Source: Felis catus | Lineage: Eukaryota | Reading direction: 5' to 3' | Assembly: GCF_018350175.1 (NCBI RefSeq) | Contig: NC_058368.1 | Coordinates: 37,884,001-37,948,000, forward strand | DNA length: 64,000 bases | Shown: piece by piece, positions 52,685 through 64,000 of the stretch | How the letters are laid out: every line of letters begins with the position of its first letter | Numbering within the stretch: position 1 is the first letter of the stretch | The notes under the pieces: generated by a model | What the model saw: the letters and a program-made list of their open reading frames with translations, nothing else | Databases searched by the model: none | What the model was told of the DNA's origin: nothing | Translations under genes and position numbers: made by a program

Positions 52685-53601
52685 TAGATATAAGATACTT
52701 GAGTAAGGGCGATGTCCTTTTTTATCTTTATATCTGTGGTATCTAGAACAGTCACACAGTTTTGACTGGTATGTCATTTTGATTATTGTGTTTACTGAGT
52801 AGATAAGTTAGTGAGAGGATGGAATTATTCAGGAAGCTTTTCTATTCAATCAAATAAAAAAATAAACTAACTCTTCCAGTCATTTAGTTAATATCTTAAG
52901 GCACCCCAAACACCTTATTTTCTGAGTGCTCTTGATCTGAAAATATTCTGCTAGTAAAGATACCTGATTTTTCATTATATTCAGATTTTATATTTGCCTT
53001 TTACCGGTTTTTGTAGTTCAAACTACTTGGTATTAAGAAAAAAAGTTAGCCATCTGCTGTTCAAGCTCATTTAACATTGCAAAGTGTAAGAATTCAGAGA
53101 TCTGCAATTTAAGCAATGGTAACCAATTACTTGAATTAAGTGAGAATGCATCATTTACTCTGAGACCTCCATTAGGTCTTGGCCTTCTGTTTCTAATAGA
53201 GTGGGAAGGTTGTATAAAAATGCTGAAGATGGAGGAGGAAGAGTCAAATACTGCAATTATTCATAGGAACAGCTTACTAATTGAGAATAAAAAACACAGA
53301 CCCTCTGTCTCTGTCTCTTTCTGTCTGTGCATCTCTGTCTCATATCTCTCTCTCTCCCCAACTCTACACTGCCTTTCACATTTCTCCAGAAGAAGATTTT
53401 AAGCTCCTGGTGGATACGGTAGTAATTTCTCGTAGTTGCAGGGGTAAGAAAATTAGCATCAAGAACAGTTCAGTCATCTTCAATTCATAATGCACATCAC
53501 TGCATTTCACCATTTATTCTGTATACATTTGGTCTATAAATGGTATTAATCCTACGCATCATCCAAGATTTTGGCAAAGGAAGTTGTCTCCCACCTGGAC
53601 T

Positions 53602-54033
53602 TGTACATTAGGTTACTGTTGTTGATGTAAAAACTTACCATGAATTTAGTGGCATGAAGGACACAAATATTTTGTCTTATAGTTTTGGAGGTCAGAAGTC
53701 TGAAACCAATGAGACAACAGAGCTGCATGCCTTCTGGAGGCCTCAGGGGATAAACTGTTTCCTTCCCCTTTGGAGCATTTGTATAGACTGTCTGAATTGG
53801 CCTGCGGCCCTTCCTTCCTGTTATGCAAAACTTCTGCCTCTGATACTCCTGTTTCTCTTTTGTAGGGAAGCTTGTAATTATGTTGCATTTACCCAGACAA
53901 TCCAGGATAATCTCTCCATCTCAAGATCCTTAACCTTGATCTCACATGCAATATGTCACCATTAAGGTAACATATTCACAGGTTCTGGGGTTTGGGACGG
54001 GGATATCTTTAGGAGGCCATTATTCAGTCTACC
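53602..54033 (-). mobile_element. MLT1C/D MaLR solo LTR
   Basis: tagttttggaggtcagaagtctgaaa..acaatccaggataatctc..taaggtaacatattcacaggttctggg..cattattcagtctacc. Confidence 0.85.
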
Positions 54034-54289
54034 TTATGGTCTTTAAATTACATGAAAGACATAGTAGAAAATGAACTCTGATTCTGTTAGGATATGCATA
54101 CATATGTTCATATCATAGGAGTGCTCAGGAATAGAAGTGACCATATATTATGTGGTTAAATGGAACACTTGATAATATGTTCTCCACTTTAATACCCCTG
54201 ACAACTGGTTGCACATCTTATGCTTGAATAATTCCACTAATAATTTTATGATGAGCTAAAACATTCTGCTTGGAGGTTATGTCCATCAT

Positions 54290-54450
54290 GAGACAGAGTG
54301 GTTGAGAATACATGCTTTGCTATAGAAATACTTAGAATTTAATCCTAATTTACTAAATCTATGGTGTTAGAAAGTTTTATAAACTTTTATAAGCCCCCTA
54401 ACATTGCTCTCTCACTTTAAAAATGGAGATAATTATACATAACTTGTAAT
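54290..54450 (+). mobile_element. MIR remnant
   Basis: agagtggttgagaa..taaaaatggagataat. Confidence 0.5.
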
Positions 54451-54804
54451 TTAAAAGAAGAAAATTGTAAAAATTTTAAAAGTTAAGTTCTGCTTTTATA
54501 CTAACAAATTTCCCCTGAATGGAATTTAGGGATCATTTGTTACTGATAATAATATTAAAGTAATTCTCATGCTCAACTTTATTTCCATTTCCTTTATAAG
54601 AGCAAGATATTCCCTCCACCCCACAACAGGCATTAGCAAGAAAAGTTGTCCATTCTAGGGACAACTTTTATTCCTTCAGTTTCACCAAAAATGTTATATT
54701 AATTTTTGCAGATAAGTTAAGAATTTCCTAAGGAAATATTAATATTTTAAAGAATTAAAATTGATGTGAGAAGTTAATGTTCTAATAAACAAATATTTTA
54801 CCTA

Positions 54805-56255
54805 AAGGGACAATAGAAACACCATAAAGATAAACCTAAAGCTGGTAGAAGGGAGGAACTAATAAAAATTAAGGAAAAAGCAATGATATTGAAAATTAAA
54901 AAAAAAGAAAAAAACAAAACCAACATATGGTTCTTTGAAATGATTAATAAATTTAATAAGCTTCCAGCCAAGCTAACCAAGAAAACACGGGAAAAGAAAC
55001 AAATTACCACTATCATAAATGAAATAGAGGATCACCAATGTTGTAACAGAACATTAAAAGGATAATAAAGGAGTATTACAAACAATATTATGCCCGCAAA
55101 TTTGATAATTTAGATGAAATGGACCAATTATTGAAAGGGACAAATTAGCAATACTCCTAGAAGAAGAAATAGATGCTATTAATGTACCTATATCTATTAA
55201 AAGTTAAATCAATAATTAATAACCATGCGAAGCAGAACTTCTAGGGACCACCGTGGTTTTACTCTTGAATTCTGCCAAGTATTTAAGGAAGAAATGATAC
55301 CAAATTCTAACAATCACTTCTAGAAAATAGAAACAGAGGAAAACTTTGTAAGTCTTTCAAAGAGGGCAGGATTATCCTGATACCAAAATTAAATAAACAT
55401 ATTACAAGAAAGGAAAATAACACATCAGTATCTTTCATGAACAAGCTATAAAATCCTCAATTAAGTATTAGTAAATAAAATCCACCTTATATATCAGTCG
55501 TATACACCATGACCAGTGGGATTTATTCCAGGTATATAAAGATGGTTCAATACTCGAGAATCAGTGTAATCTGCCATATCAACAAAGGAAAGTCATGTGA
55601 TAACATCAATAGATGAAAAAAAGTATTTCATAATATTCAACAACAATCCAAGATAAGAACTCTCAGCAAGCTAAGAATAGAGCGAAATATTCTGACTTTG
55701 ATTTTAAAAAAGATAAAATACACAGCTAACATATTTAATTGTGAAACTGGATGGTTTACTAAGAGGGGGAAAATGGCAAGGATTTCGTCTCTTACCACTG
55801 CTATTCAACATCATACTATATTTGCAATACTGCAATAAGAAAAGAAGGAAATAAAAGGTATTCAGATCAGGAAGGAAGAAATAAAATTCTTCATGCAGAA
55901 ACCCCCCAAAAACCAACAAAAAATTCCTCAAACTAAAAACTTACTACAATAATATTATAAACTGCAAAACAAGATAGACAAGTCCATTCTGTCATGTACA
56001 GTAGCAATGAAGAATTAGAATTTGAAATTAAACATTATTTACAGTTGCTCTCAGAAAAATTAAATACTTAGCTATTAGATCTAACAAAATATTTATGGAA
56101 TTTTTATCCAGAAAATTATAAAAAATAGGGGTTTTCTTCTTATTACACTGATGAAAAAAATCAAAGCAGATCTGAATTAATGGAAAGCTATTCCATCCTA
56201 ATGGATTGGAAGGATCAAGATTGTTAAAATGCCAATTCTTCCCAACTTAATCCCA
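54805..56255 (+). mobile_element. Old LINE-1 ORF2 fragment (linker and reverse-transcriptase region), degraded
   Basis: KTNIWFFEMINK peptide; aaatttgataatttagatgaaatggac, gggatttattccagg, ctattcaacatcatact ORF2 motifs. Confidence 0.88.
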
Positions 56256-56402
56256 ACCTGAAAGTCAGACCTTTTCACAAGAGTCTTTCACATTGGTAAC
56301 ATCAAAGAAGTCTTTACTTCCCTCAGATTAATAATTTTCTTGCCTAAATCAACTTTTGTTTCCTTGTGTAAACTTCCACTTATTCATCAAGATTTACCAT
56401 TT

Positions 56403-56625
56403 CTAAATTCCACATATAAGTGAAATCATGTACTTTTTGTCTATCTCTGTCTGCTTAATTTCACTTAGCATAACACCCTTTAGGTCTATCCATGTTGTCA
56501 CAAATGGTAAGATTTCTTTCTTTTGTTGTATAATGTATAGAATTGTTGAATCACTGTGTCGTACAATTGAAACTAATGTAACATTGTATATCAACCGCAC
56601 TTCCATTTAAAAAGAAAACAAAAGG
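56403..56625. mobile_element. Short carnivore L1 3' end with a 5' inversion
   Basis: 56403-~56525 antisense (KKEILPFVTTWIDL on minus strand), ~56526-56625 sense 3' terminus; TSD ttaccattt at 56394 and 56861. Confidence 0.75.
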
Positions 56626-56626
56626 A

Positions 56627-56842
56627 GGGGCACTTGGGTGGCTCATTCAGTTAAGCATCCAACGTCAGCTCAGGTCATGATCTCGGGGTTTGTGAGTCTG
56701 AGCTCTGTGCTAACAGCTGAAAGCCTGGAGTCTGCTTCAGGTTCTCTGTCTCCCTCTCTCTCTGTCCCTCCCCCACTCATGCTCTCTCTGTCTCTCTCTT
56801 TGTCTCTCAAAAATAAATAAATGTTAAAAAAAATTAAAAAAG
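56627..56842 (+). mobile_element. CanSINE inserted in the L1 tail
   Basis: TSD aaaagaaaacaaaagga. Confidence 0.95.
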
Positions 56843-57927
56843 AAAAGAAAACAAAAGGAATTACCATTTTTACATACAATTCTTGAGCCCTTATCTGACC
56901 TTCTACTCTCAAACATGCACAAAATTCTGAGTAATTACAGCTGATTAGGAAATCCTTCAGAACAGTGGGTGATGGTGGTAGGGAAGGGAAGCAGCGAATT
57001 CTCTATAGCCCAAGATGGACATAGAGGCTGTCAGTCAAGTGTCTGGTGAGGTTACTTCACTAGCATATACTGTCAGCCTTTTTATTAGCTATTTCATTTC
57101 TTGGATTGAAAACAAAAACAAAAACAAAACAAAAACAAATAAGCTCACGTCACAAAGAAAATTATTCTTGGGGTGGTTAAGACGTAATAAATCTTTAAGA
57201 TACAAATAATGCTTCAACAGTCTTCTAATTAGCAATTTGAATTTCTTCCTTACTCTGGAATCAATAGGAACCATTACTGTGCACGGTACTGTTTGGATCT
57301 CATCCTGATCATCTTCAGAGCTGACATGAATAAAATTAAGGTCACCTTATTGCCCAGTAACTGCTTCATGATTAACGAGAAAGTCTCGGAAACTTCTATT
57401 TTGATAAGAAAATTAATTTTTCTGAGTCTTCCTTCTTCTCCATTGTCTTCTGCCGTAAAACAAAAATGATAGTGTGTACTACTAGCTTTATTATTATTGT
57501 TACTATTATCATTATTATTATCAGGGAAAGTTTAATCAATTATTTATAGCAAAATGCCATAGTAATGCTTAAAAACAGCTACAATGACCTCTGAGTTTGA
57601 ATGTTTTGAAGGTTTTATTGTTGCATTTTGTTTAGACTTCTTTTTTAACACCCAGATAAATTATGGCAACATTCAAAGCAGAATGAAAAATTCCATATTT
57701 CCTTTTTAGATGCAATATTTCTACTAATAAAGTATTTCTTGCATTAGATTTACCGGAAGCATATTGCATTATTCATTTGTATTGACTGATTGTGAACTAC
57801 CACTTGTAAATTATCTTCATATGTGCACTTGTTTAGATAAGTTCCTCTCAGTTTAAAATTAATAGTTAATATTTTGGACCAAAGTGCAAGGACAGATATT
57901 TACTCACATTATATTTATTTAGATGTG

Positions 57928-58138
57928 ATTTTTTTCTTTATTTTTTTCATGTTCATTTATTTTGAGACAGAAAGAGACAGCACAAGCAGGGGAGGGACAG
58001 AGAGAGAGGTAGAGATTCCCAAGCATTGATTCAGTGCACAGAGCCTAACTTGGGGCTTGACCCACAAACCATGAGATCATGACCTAAGCCAAAATCAAGA
58101 GTCAGATGCTTAACTGACTGAGCCACCCAGGCACCCCC
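57928..58138 (-). mobile_element. CanSINE (older type)
   Basis: TSD cacatta(t/c)atttattta. Confidence 0.93.
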
Positions 58139-58582
58139 ACATTACATTTATTTAAAATCAACTCATCATTCTAGCTTTTAGTTTTGGTTTTGATCATGTA
58201 GGGTGATCGGTATTCTTTTCTGTGTTTAACATTCCAATGATGCAAATGTCTTCATGTCTTAGGTTAAAATATTAAGCAAAACAAGACTGAAAACAAGATA
58301 CTGTCCTATATTTTCAAAATTTTTCCAAGTTAACCAGTTACATATGTACCTACTTACATTATATTGTTAGGTTCAGCACCTTAGTATCCACAAATATTAT
58401 CATAAACTTTCTGACAAAATTTTGCTGAAATCTGGATACTTTATCAAATTTCTATCAACTACTAGACTAGTATTTAGAAATAAAATATGTCAATAGCATA
58501 TTTTAAATATTGTTTAAATTGTTTAAAATTAAAAAAAAATACTTTATTTTGTTCAAATCAGCTTAAAAATTTTCCAATGCAT

Positions 58583-58800
58583 GGGGCGCCTGGGTGGCGC
58601 AGTGGGTTAAGCGTCCGACTTCAGCCAGGTCACGATCTCGCGGTCCGTGAGTTCGAGCCCCGCGTCAGGCTCTGGGCTGACGGCTCAGAGCCTGGAGCCT
58701 GTTTCTGATTCTGTGTCTCCCTCTCTCTCTGCCCCTCCCCCGTTCATGCTCTGTCTCTCTCTGTCCCAAAAATAAATAAACGTTGAAAAAAAATTTAAAA
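58583..58800 (+). mobile_element. CanSINE (young SINEC_Fc type)
   Basis: TSD aaaaattttc..atgca. Confidence 0.97.
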
Positions 58801-58861
58801 AAAAATTTTCTGATGCAAATATCACAAATTGTAATATGAATGTTGAAAAAATTTTACTCAA

Positions 58862-58969
58862 ATATATATGTATGTATATACACATATACACATAATGTGT
58901 ATATGTATATGTTCATATATAATGTGTATACATATATTTATGTATGTGTATATGTGTATATATATATAT

Positions 58970-59024
<55 letters not shown>

Positions 59025-59026
59025 TA
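58862..59026. repeat. (TA)n/(TG)n/(CA)n compound microsatellite
   Basis: direct reading. Confidence 0.92.
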
Positions 59027-59069
59027 TTCTGAATAATCCTTATATTATTTAACTCTAAAGGATCTTACC

Positions 59070-59811
59070 TATAGCCAGCAAAATTTTGCCTGCATGGTCT
59101 TCAATAGCTGGTATCATGTCTATAAATATGTTATAGACAAAAGGAACTCTGCAGATACAGTTAAGTACACTGATCACTTGACTTTAAGATAAGGATATTA
59201 TTAAGGTGCCTAGGTAGCTCAGTCGGTTCAACATCTGACTCTTGGTTTCAGCTTGGGTCGTCATTTCATGGTTCATGGGTTCAAGCCCTGAGCCAACTCT
59301 GCACTGACAGTGTGGAGCCTGCTTGAGATTCTCTTTCTCTCTTTCTCTCTCTGTCTCTTCCCTCTCTTCTATCTCTCTCTCAAAAAAAAAAAAAAAAAAA
59401 AAACAACAACAACATTAAAAAAAAGATAAAGGTATTATTTTGGATTATATAAAGGTAGGCCTAATATAATCGTGTATGCTCTTGAAGTGTAGAACTTGCT
59501 CAGGATGGATACAGGAAAATTTGTTAGAACGGGAAGTCAGACATTGAAAGCATGAAGATTTGATACACTTTTGCTGGTTTAAAGATGGAGGGGCCTAGGA
59601 GCCTCAGTCCCGCAACCACAAGGAACTGAATCCTGCCAACCATCTTCTTTGAGCCTCTAGATAAGAGTCCTGCAGGGCCACTACCTTTCTTTCAGTTTTG
59701 TGAAAACCATTCTGTGTTGGGATTCTGACTTACAGAAACTGAGATAATGCAGCTGATAATTTAATCATTATGTGGTTTTGCTAATTTATTTCAGCAGTAG
59801 AAAATTAATGC
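59070..59811 (+). mobile_element. MLT1E-like MaLR solo LTR interrupted by a SINE
   Basis: aaaaggaactctgcagat..ttgactttaagata..caaccacaaggaactgaatcctgccaac..gcagtagaaaattaatgca. Confidence 0.8.
59203..59423 (+). mobile_element. CanSINE
   Basis: TSD aagataa..tattatt. Confidence 0.93.
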
Positions 59812-60779
59812 ATCTTCTAACTGATTATTAGATGTTGTGTTTCTGAATTATATACTTTATTTTACAACTTTCTAAATCTTCCAAAATGACAAATGAATCT
59901 ATAAATATTTCTGAATGTTTAACCATAAAATAGTTGAAGCAGAAATTTTAAATATATATTTTTTAATATTAGCCAGAGAACTAACTCTATTTTGACATTG
60001 TTTTAATATTATTTCTTATTTTTCCAAATAACCAATTTTAAACCTTTGATCTGATATATCAGCCTCCTCTCTAATTTTGGACACTTTTTGGTACTTGAGT
60101 TTACTGTGATATTCGAATTATACATTTACTTAACTAAATATATAGCCCATTTATTTTTGAAAGCCTTAAAATTGGTGGAAGAAGTAGGAAATAGGTAGGC
60201 CAATAAAAAGGTTATTTGTTAGTCATAATAAGCAATCCTTAGTTGTATTGTATACTCTGTTCCTTTTATTATTTATGTCATTTTGAAAATCATCTCCAAT
60301 TTTAAAAAAAGACTGTGACATGTTAAATTTTTATAAAGTAAGACAGATATACCTATATCTTTTCTTGAACATTACTTGAGGACTTGATGCTAGTTTTTAA
60401 AAATTTTCTCACCTATTATGAAAAGCAAAGTTAATAATTGCTAAATATTGATAGACAAGTATTAGTAATTTATTCATGTAATCAAACAATGATTTTTATC
60501 ATTTTTAAATGTGAGGTTTGTCAGTTATTTTACAAGTCTAATAAACCTATGTCTTATTATTTAGAAATAAACCTCTGATTTAATATATTACATAATAGAG
60601 TATTGATTCATTTAACTGGTAATGAATTTGTAAATAATTTCAATTACAAAGGAATTCTTTATAAGTAAAACTATCTACATCAAATTCCTTGTGTTATAGA
60701 AAATATTTATCTTAAATCCACATTTTTAAATATTTGTTTCCCTACTATTCATACACTATTTAGAACAGAATAGACATCT

Positions 60780-60990
60780 GGAGAGTCTGGCTGGTTTGGT
60801 TAGTTAAGCATCCAATCTTAATATCAGCTCAGGCTGTGATCTCAAAGTTGTGGGATTAAGTCCTGCATAGGGCTCCGTGTTGACAGCATGGAGCCTGCTT
60901 GGGATCCTCTCTCTCCCTCTCTCTCTGTGCCTCCCCCTCTTTCTCTAAATAAATGAATGAATTAATTAATTAATAAGAAAATAAATTAAA
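60780..60990 (+). mobile_element. CanSINE (older type)
   Basis: diverged head, CT tract, tail. Confidence 0.88.
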
Positions 60991-60991
60991 A

Positions 60992-61095
60992 TATTTTATT
61001 TTTCAATAATCTGTACACTCACTGTGGGGCTCAAACCTAACAACCCTGAGATCAAGAGTTGTGCTCTATCTACTGACTGAGGCAGCCAGGCACCC
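60992..61095 (-). mobile_element. Short CanSINE variant, tail-to-tail with the previous SINE
   Basis: gtggggctcaaacc..ccctgagatcaagagt..gactgag..cagccaggcaccc. Confidence 0.85.
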
Positions 61096-61195
61096 AGGGA
61101 ACAAACATATTTTTCAGTTACATAAATTCTCTCATTTAACGTAAAGGTAATCCTCTCCAATGTGTGTCATTCATTATTCTCACTTAAAAAAATCA

Positions 61196-61413
61196 GAAGC
61201 GCCAGGGTGGCTCAGTCAGTTAAGCGTCCAACTTAGGCTCAGGTCGTGATCTTGCAGGTCGTGAGTTCGAGCCTCGAGCTGGGTTCTGTGCTGACAGCTC
61301 GGAGCCTGGAGCCTGCTTCAGATTCTGTGTCTCCCTCACTCTCTGCCCTTCCCCCACTCACACTCTGTCTCTCTCTCTCTCTCTCTAAAAAATAAATATT
61401 AAAAAAATTTATT
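61196..61413 (+). mobile_element. CanSINE
   Basis: head/CT/tail. Confidence 0.94.
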
Positions 61414-62234
61414 AAATGGATACTCTGAAGTTCAGAAGATTTAGTCAGTGCATTTGCATCAATGTCATTGGGAGGATTGGGAGCAGGCCAGTCTTTATAA
61501 ACTATAGTGTGTCTGATTTCAAAGTTTGTGTTATTTGTACCACGGCAAAATGCCACCAAATTTTCTAATTTGTTTCTTTCCAGATCAACATCTGTGTATC
61601 ATTATTGGATGTAGAATTTTACGGTTTTAGAGCATAAATTCTTACTTCGTTTTCAAGCCTTTGCATACTAGTTATGATATAATCAGGGATAAATTACTGT
61701 TTAAGACATTTGAGTATGTGTATAGAATAAGATTTCTTCTCTTTTCTCAAACCCTGTAATTTGAGGGTAGAGGGAAATTTCAGCATTGGGGATCATACAT
61801 AACTGGGAACTGTCAAAGATCTTTCCACTCTGGAACAATCTATGTACTTTCTGTCTTGGAGTTGGTAAGAGAAAATGACTCCCCACCCACTGCCATTACT
61901 TAAGGAGACATCAACAGGTAGGAGAGCTGATTTGTATCAGACAGTAAAGAGGAAAAGTATCTTTGAGATGAGAGCAATAATCTCATATAGATCCTAGGGA
62001 CAACACATTTGCATTTATTCTGGAAGAAGGGTAAATATTAGAAAAGTCTTTAAATGGTATTTACTTCATTAATCAATTAAAGAAGAAAAGCTAGAAGATA
62101 GACTCAGTCAGTGAGAAATTATTTCATAAAATTACACAGCAATTCAAGGTTAAAAAAAATACTGCTATTGAGAGTAGACTATAGCAGTTCAGTGGCAGGC
62201 AAACATCCCACTAACAGACTAAAGATAGTAAATC

Positions 62235-62406
62235 AATAAATTTTAAATAAGTAAAATTTAAATAAGTAAGAAGTAGATTAAATAAATAAAATAATAAGTA
62301 ATTTTAAGTAAGTAAATTTTAAATAAGTATATAAGAAATAGATTAAATAAAATAATAAGTAATAAAAAGTGAGATTAAATAAATAAAATAATAAGTAATA
62401 AAAAGT
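62235..62406. repeat. AT-rich degenerate minisatellite (agattaaataa(ataa)aataataagtaat units)
   Basis: three copies of agattaaataa..aataataagtaat plus repeated aaatttt/aaataagta. Confidence 0.8.
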
Positions 62407-63355
62407 AAACCAGTATCCTTACAGCTGCGGAAACAACCAGGACTATCGTGTGTATGATTCTGGAAAGAGAGAAACCTTCACCGGTGATCTGAGAATTTGA
62501 GGCCCTCACTGGTGATGTCTACCAGCCCTTGTTCAGGTTGGAGTCTGAGAATTTATTCCAGGCACAGGCTAAGTAAGGGTTATGTCTAGGGGATGGAGAA
62601 CTCTTGTCTACAACATGGAGTGGAATGACAAAACTGAATTATCAGAGGGGTCTCCATCTGGCTGGCTGTTCTCTCAGTACAGATGATAAATTTCATAGCT
62701 ATGCTGGACAAGGGGGCTTTGAGAACTAAAACAAAATCCTTAGCAAATCAGGATTTTTCTCTTGTGCTTAGAAAGCAAGTGTCTATTCAAGAGAAGGTCT
62801 CAGATTACATGTGAGGAAAAACAAAAAAGAACAAAAAAACCTTTGAGAGAAGAACACTGAAAATCCTTATTTTTCTCTCTTTTGAGGACTTTGTCTATTT
62901 TGGCAGATTTGGAGCCTGGCTGGGAACTAGTCCTGGAGGGGAGAAGACCAGGTAAGGCTTTAGGTACTGTAGGGGTTTGAAATATCAAGCTGGAGACTTG
63001 AAGATTCTTAAAAGCACATATTGAAAACGTGTTGTATTTTAAAGTTGTGTCAGTCTAAGCCAAAACCTCTAAAAAGCAATTAATTTTTTTTTTTTTGCTG
63101 TATGCTGAGACATGCTAGAGTCACCATGAGAAAAAAAAAATAGAGGATTATATGTTACATACAAAGACAAAGTAAAGATGTAGACTTGTTCCTACACAAA
63201 CTGCAATCCAGGTTGACCTCAACTTTGTAATTGTCTCTATCTGCTTAGCAAAGAGTGAAACTTCCCTGGTGGAAGATATTATCTGGAGTCTCTAGATTTT
63301 TGTGAATGCAAAGGAAGTCATTTAGTCAAAAACTACTTACTATAAAAATAGACAT

Positions 63356-63712
63356 GGCCATTTGCAACTACATGGATGGAACTAGAGGGTATTATGTTAA
63401 GTGAAATTACTCAGAGAAAGACAAATATCATATGACTTCACTCATATAAGGACTTTAAGATACAAAATAGATGAACATAAGGGAAGGGAAGCAAAAATAA
63501 TATAAAAATAGGGAGGGGGACAAAACATAAGAGACTCTTAAATATGGAGAACAGAGGGTTGCTGGAGGGGTTGTGGGAAGGGGGATGGGCTAAATGGGTA
63601 AGGGGCATTAAGGAATCTACTCCTGGAATCATTGTTGCACTCTATACTAACTTGTATGTAAATTTTAAAAAACATACAAACATTTAAAAAAAGTACAAAT
63701 TAAAAAAAATTA
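63356..63712 (+). mobile_element. 5'-truncated felid LINE-1 3' end
   Basis: gccatttgcaactacatggatggaacta..; 3' UTR matches the 39050 copy; TSD aaaatagac. Confidence 0.94.
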
Positions 63713-63802
63713 ATCCCCCCCCAAAATAGACCTGTCTGTGTAAGAGAAAGAATACCCAAATAATGTTATTAAATATGTTGTTTGAAAGCAGATTGAACAC
63801 AT

Positions 63803-63930
63803 GGGGTACCTGGCTGGCTCAGTCGGTTAAGTGTCCTACTTCATCTCAGGTCATGACCTCCCAGTTCATGGGTTAGAGCCCCGCACATCAGGTTCTGTGC
63901 TGACGCTTGGAGCCTGGAACCTGCTTCACA

Positions 63931-63969
<39 letters not shown>

Positions 63970-64000
63970 TGCCCCTCGCCTGCTCATGCGCTCTCTCTCT
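63803..64000 (+). mobile_element. CanSINE with internal (TG)n, cut by the window end
   Basis: head ggggtacctggctggctcagtcggttaag; (TG)n at ~63934-63968. Confidence 0.93.

Noticed and set aside
4755..59052. Low-complexity ORFs ([16 protein letters not shown])
   Set aside because: Translations of microsatellites.
7778..61559. Recurrent ORFs of the MAQSVK...QVMISR...SLSAPP and MNGGGAERE types, looking like a gene family
   Set aside because: They are translations of CanSINE bodies on either strand.
61560..61640. Good plus-strand acceptor (ctaat...tttctttccag)
   Set aside because: All frames stop within ~55 nt and there is no clear donor; isolated acceptors are common.
62235..62406. CRISPR-like repeat array
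   Set aside because: Eukaryotic context, degenerate low-complexity units, no unique spacers and no cas genes.
3451..64000. tRNA genes suggested by A-box/B-box-like heads
   Set aside because: All are SINE heads followed by SINE body and A tail, usually with TSDs.

Overview
This is AT-rich mammalian nuclear DNA from a felid (cat family), identified by about 36 tRNA-derived CanSINEs (SINEC_Fc-type, with a CT tract and A tail) and three related carnivore/felid LINE-1 3' ends. I recognise no protein-coding gene, CpG island, rRNA, true tRNA or CRISPR array. Nearly all listed ORFs are translations of SINEs, L1 fragments, Tigger1, microsatellites or random AT-rich DNA. The window reads as a large intron or intergenic region made of layered transposon fossils: a near-full-length Tigger1 inserted into an older L1, several MLT1/ERV1-type solo LTRs, L2, MIR, MER5A1 and MER45-like elements. 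The best non-routine observations are a 35-nt U2 snRNA 5' retrocopy with a 10-bp target-site duplication (TSD), a strong CTCF/YY1-type motif at 32437-32455, a twin-primed inverted L1, a SINE inserted in another SINE's TSD with an extra tag, and two weak candidate exons. I found no evidence of a new biological system. Repeat family names come from recall of consensus sequences and boundaries are approximate until RepeatMasker/Dfam is run.
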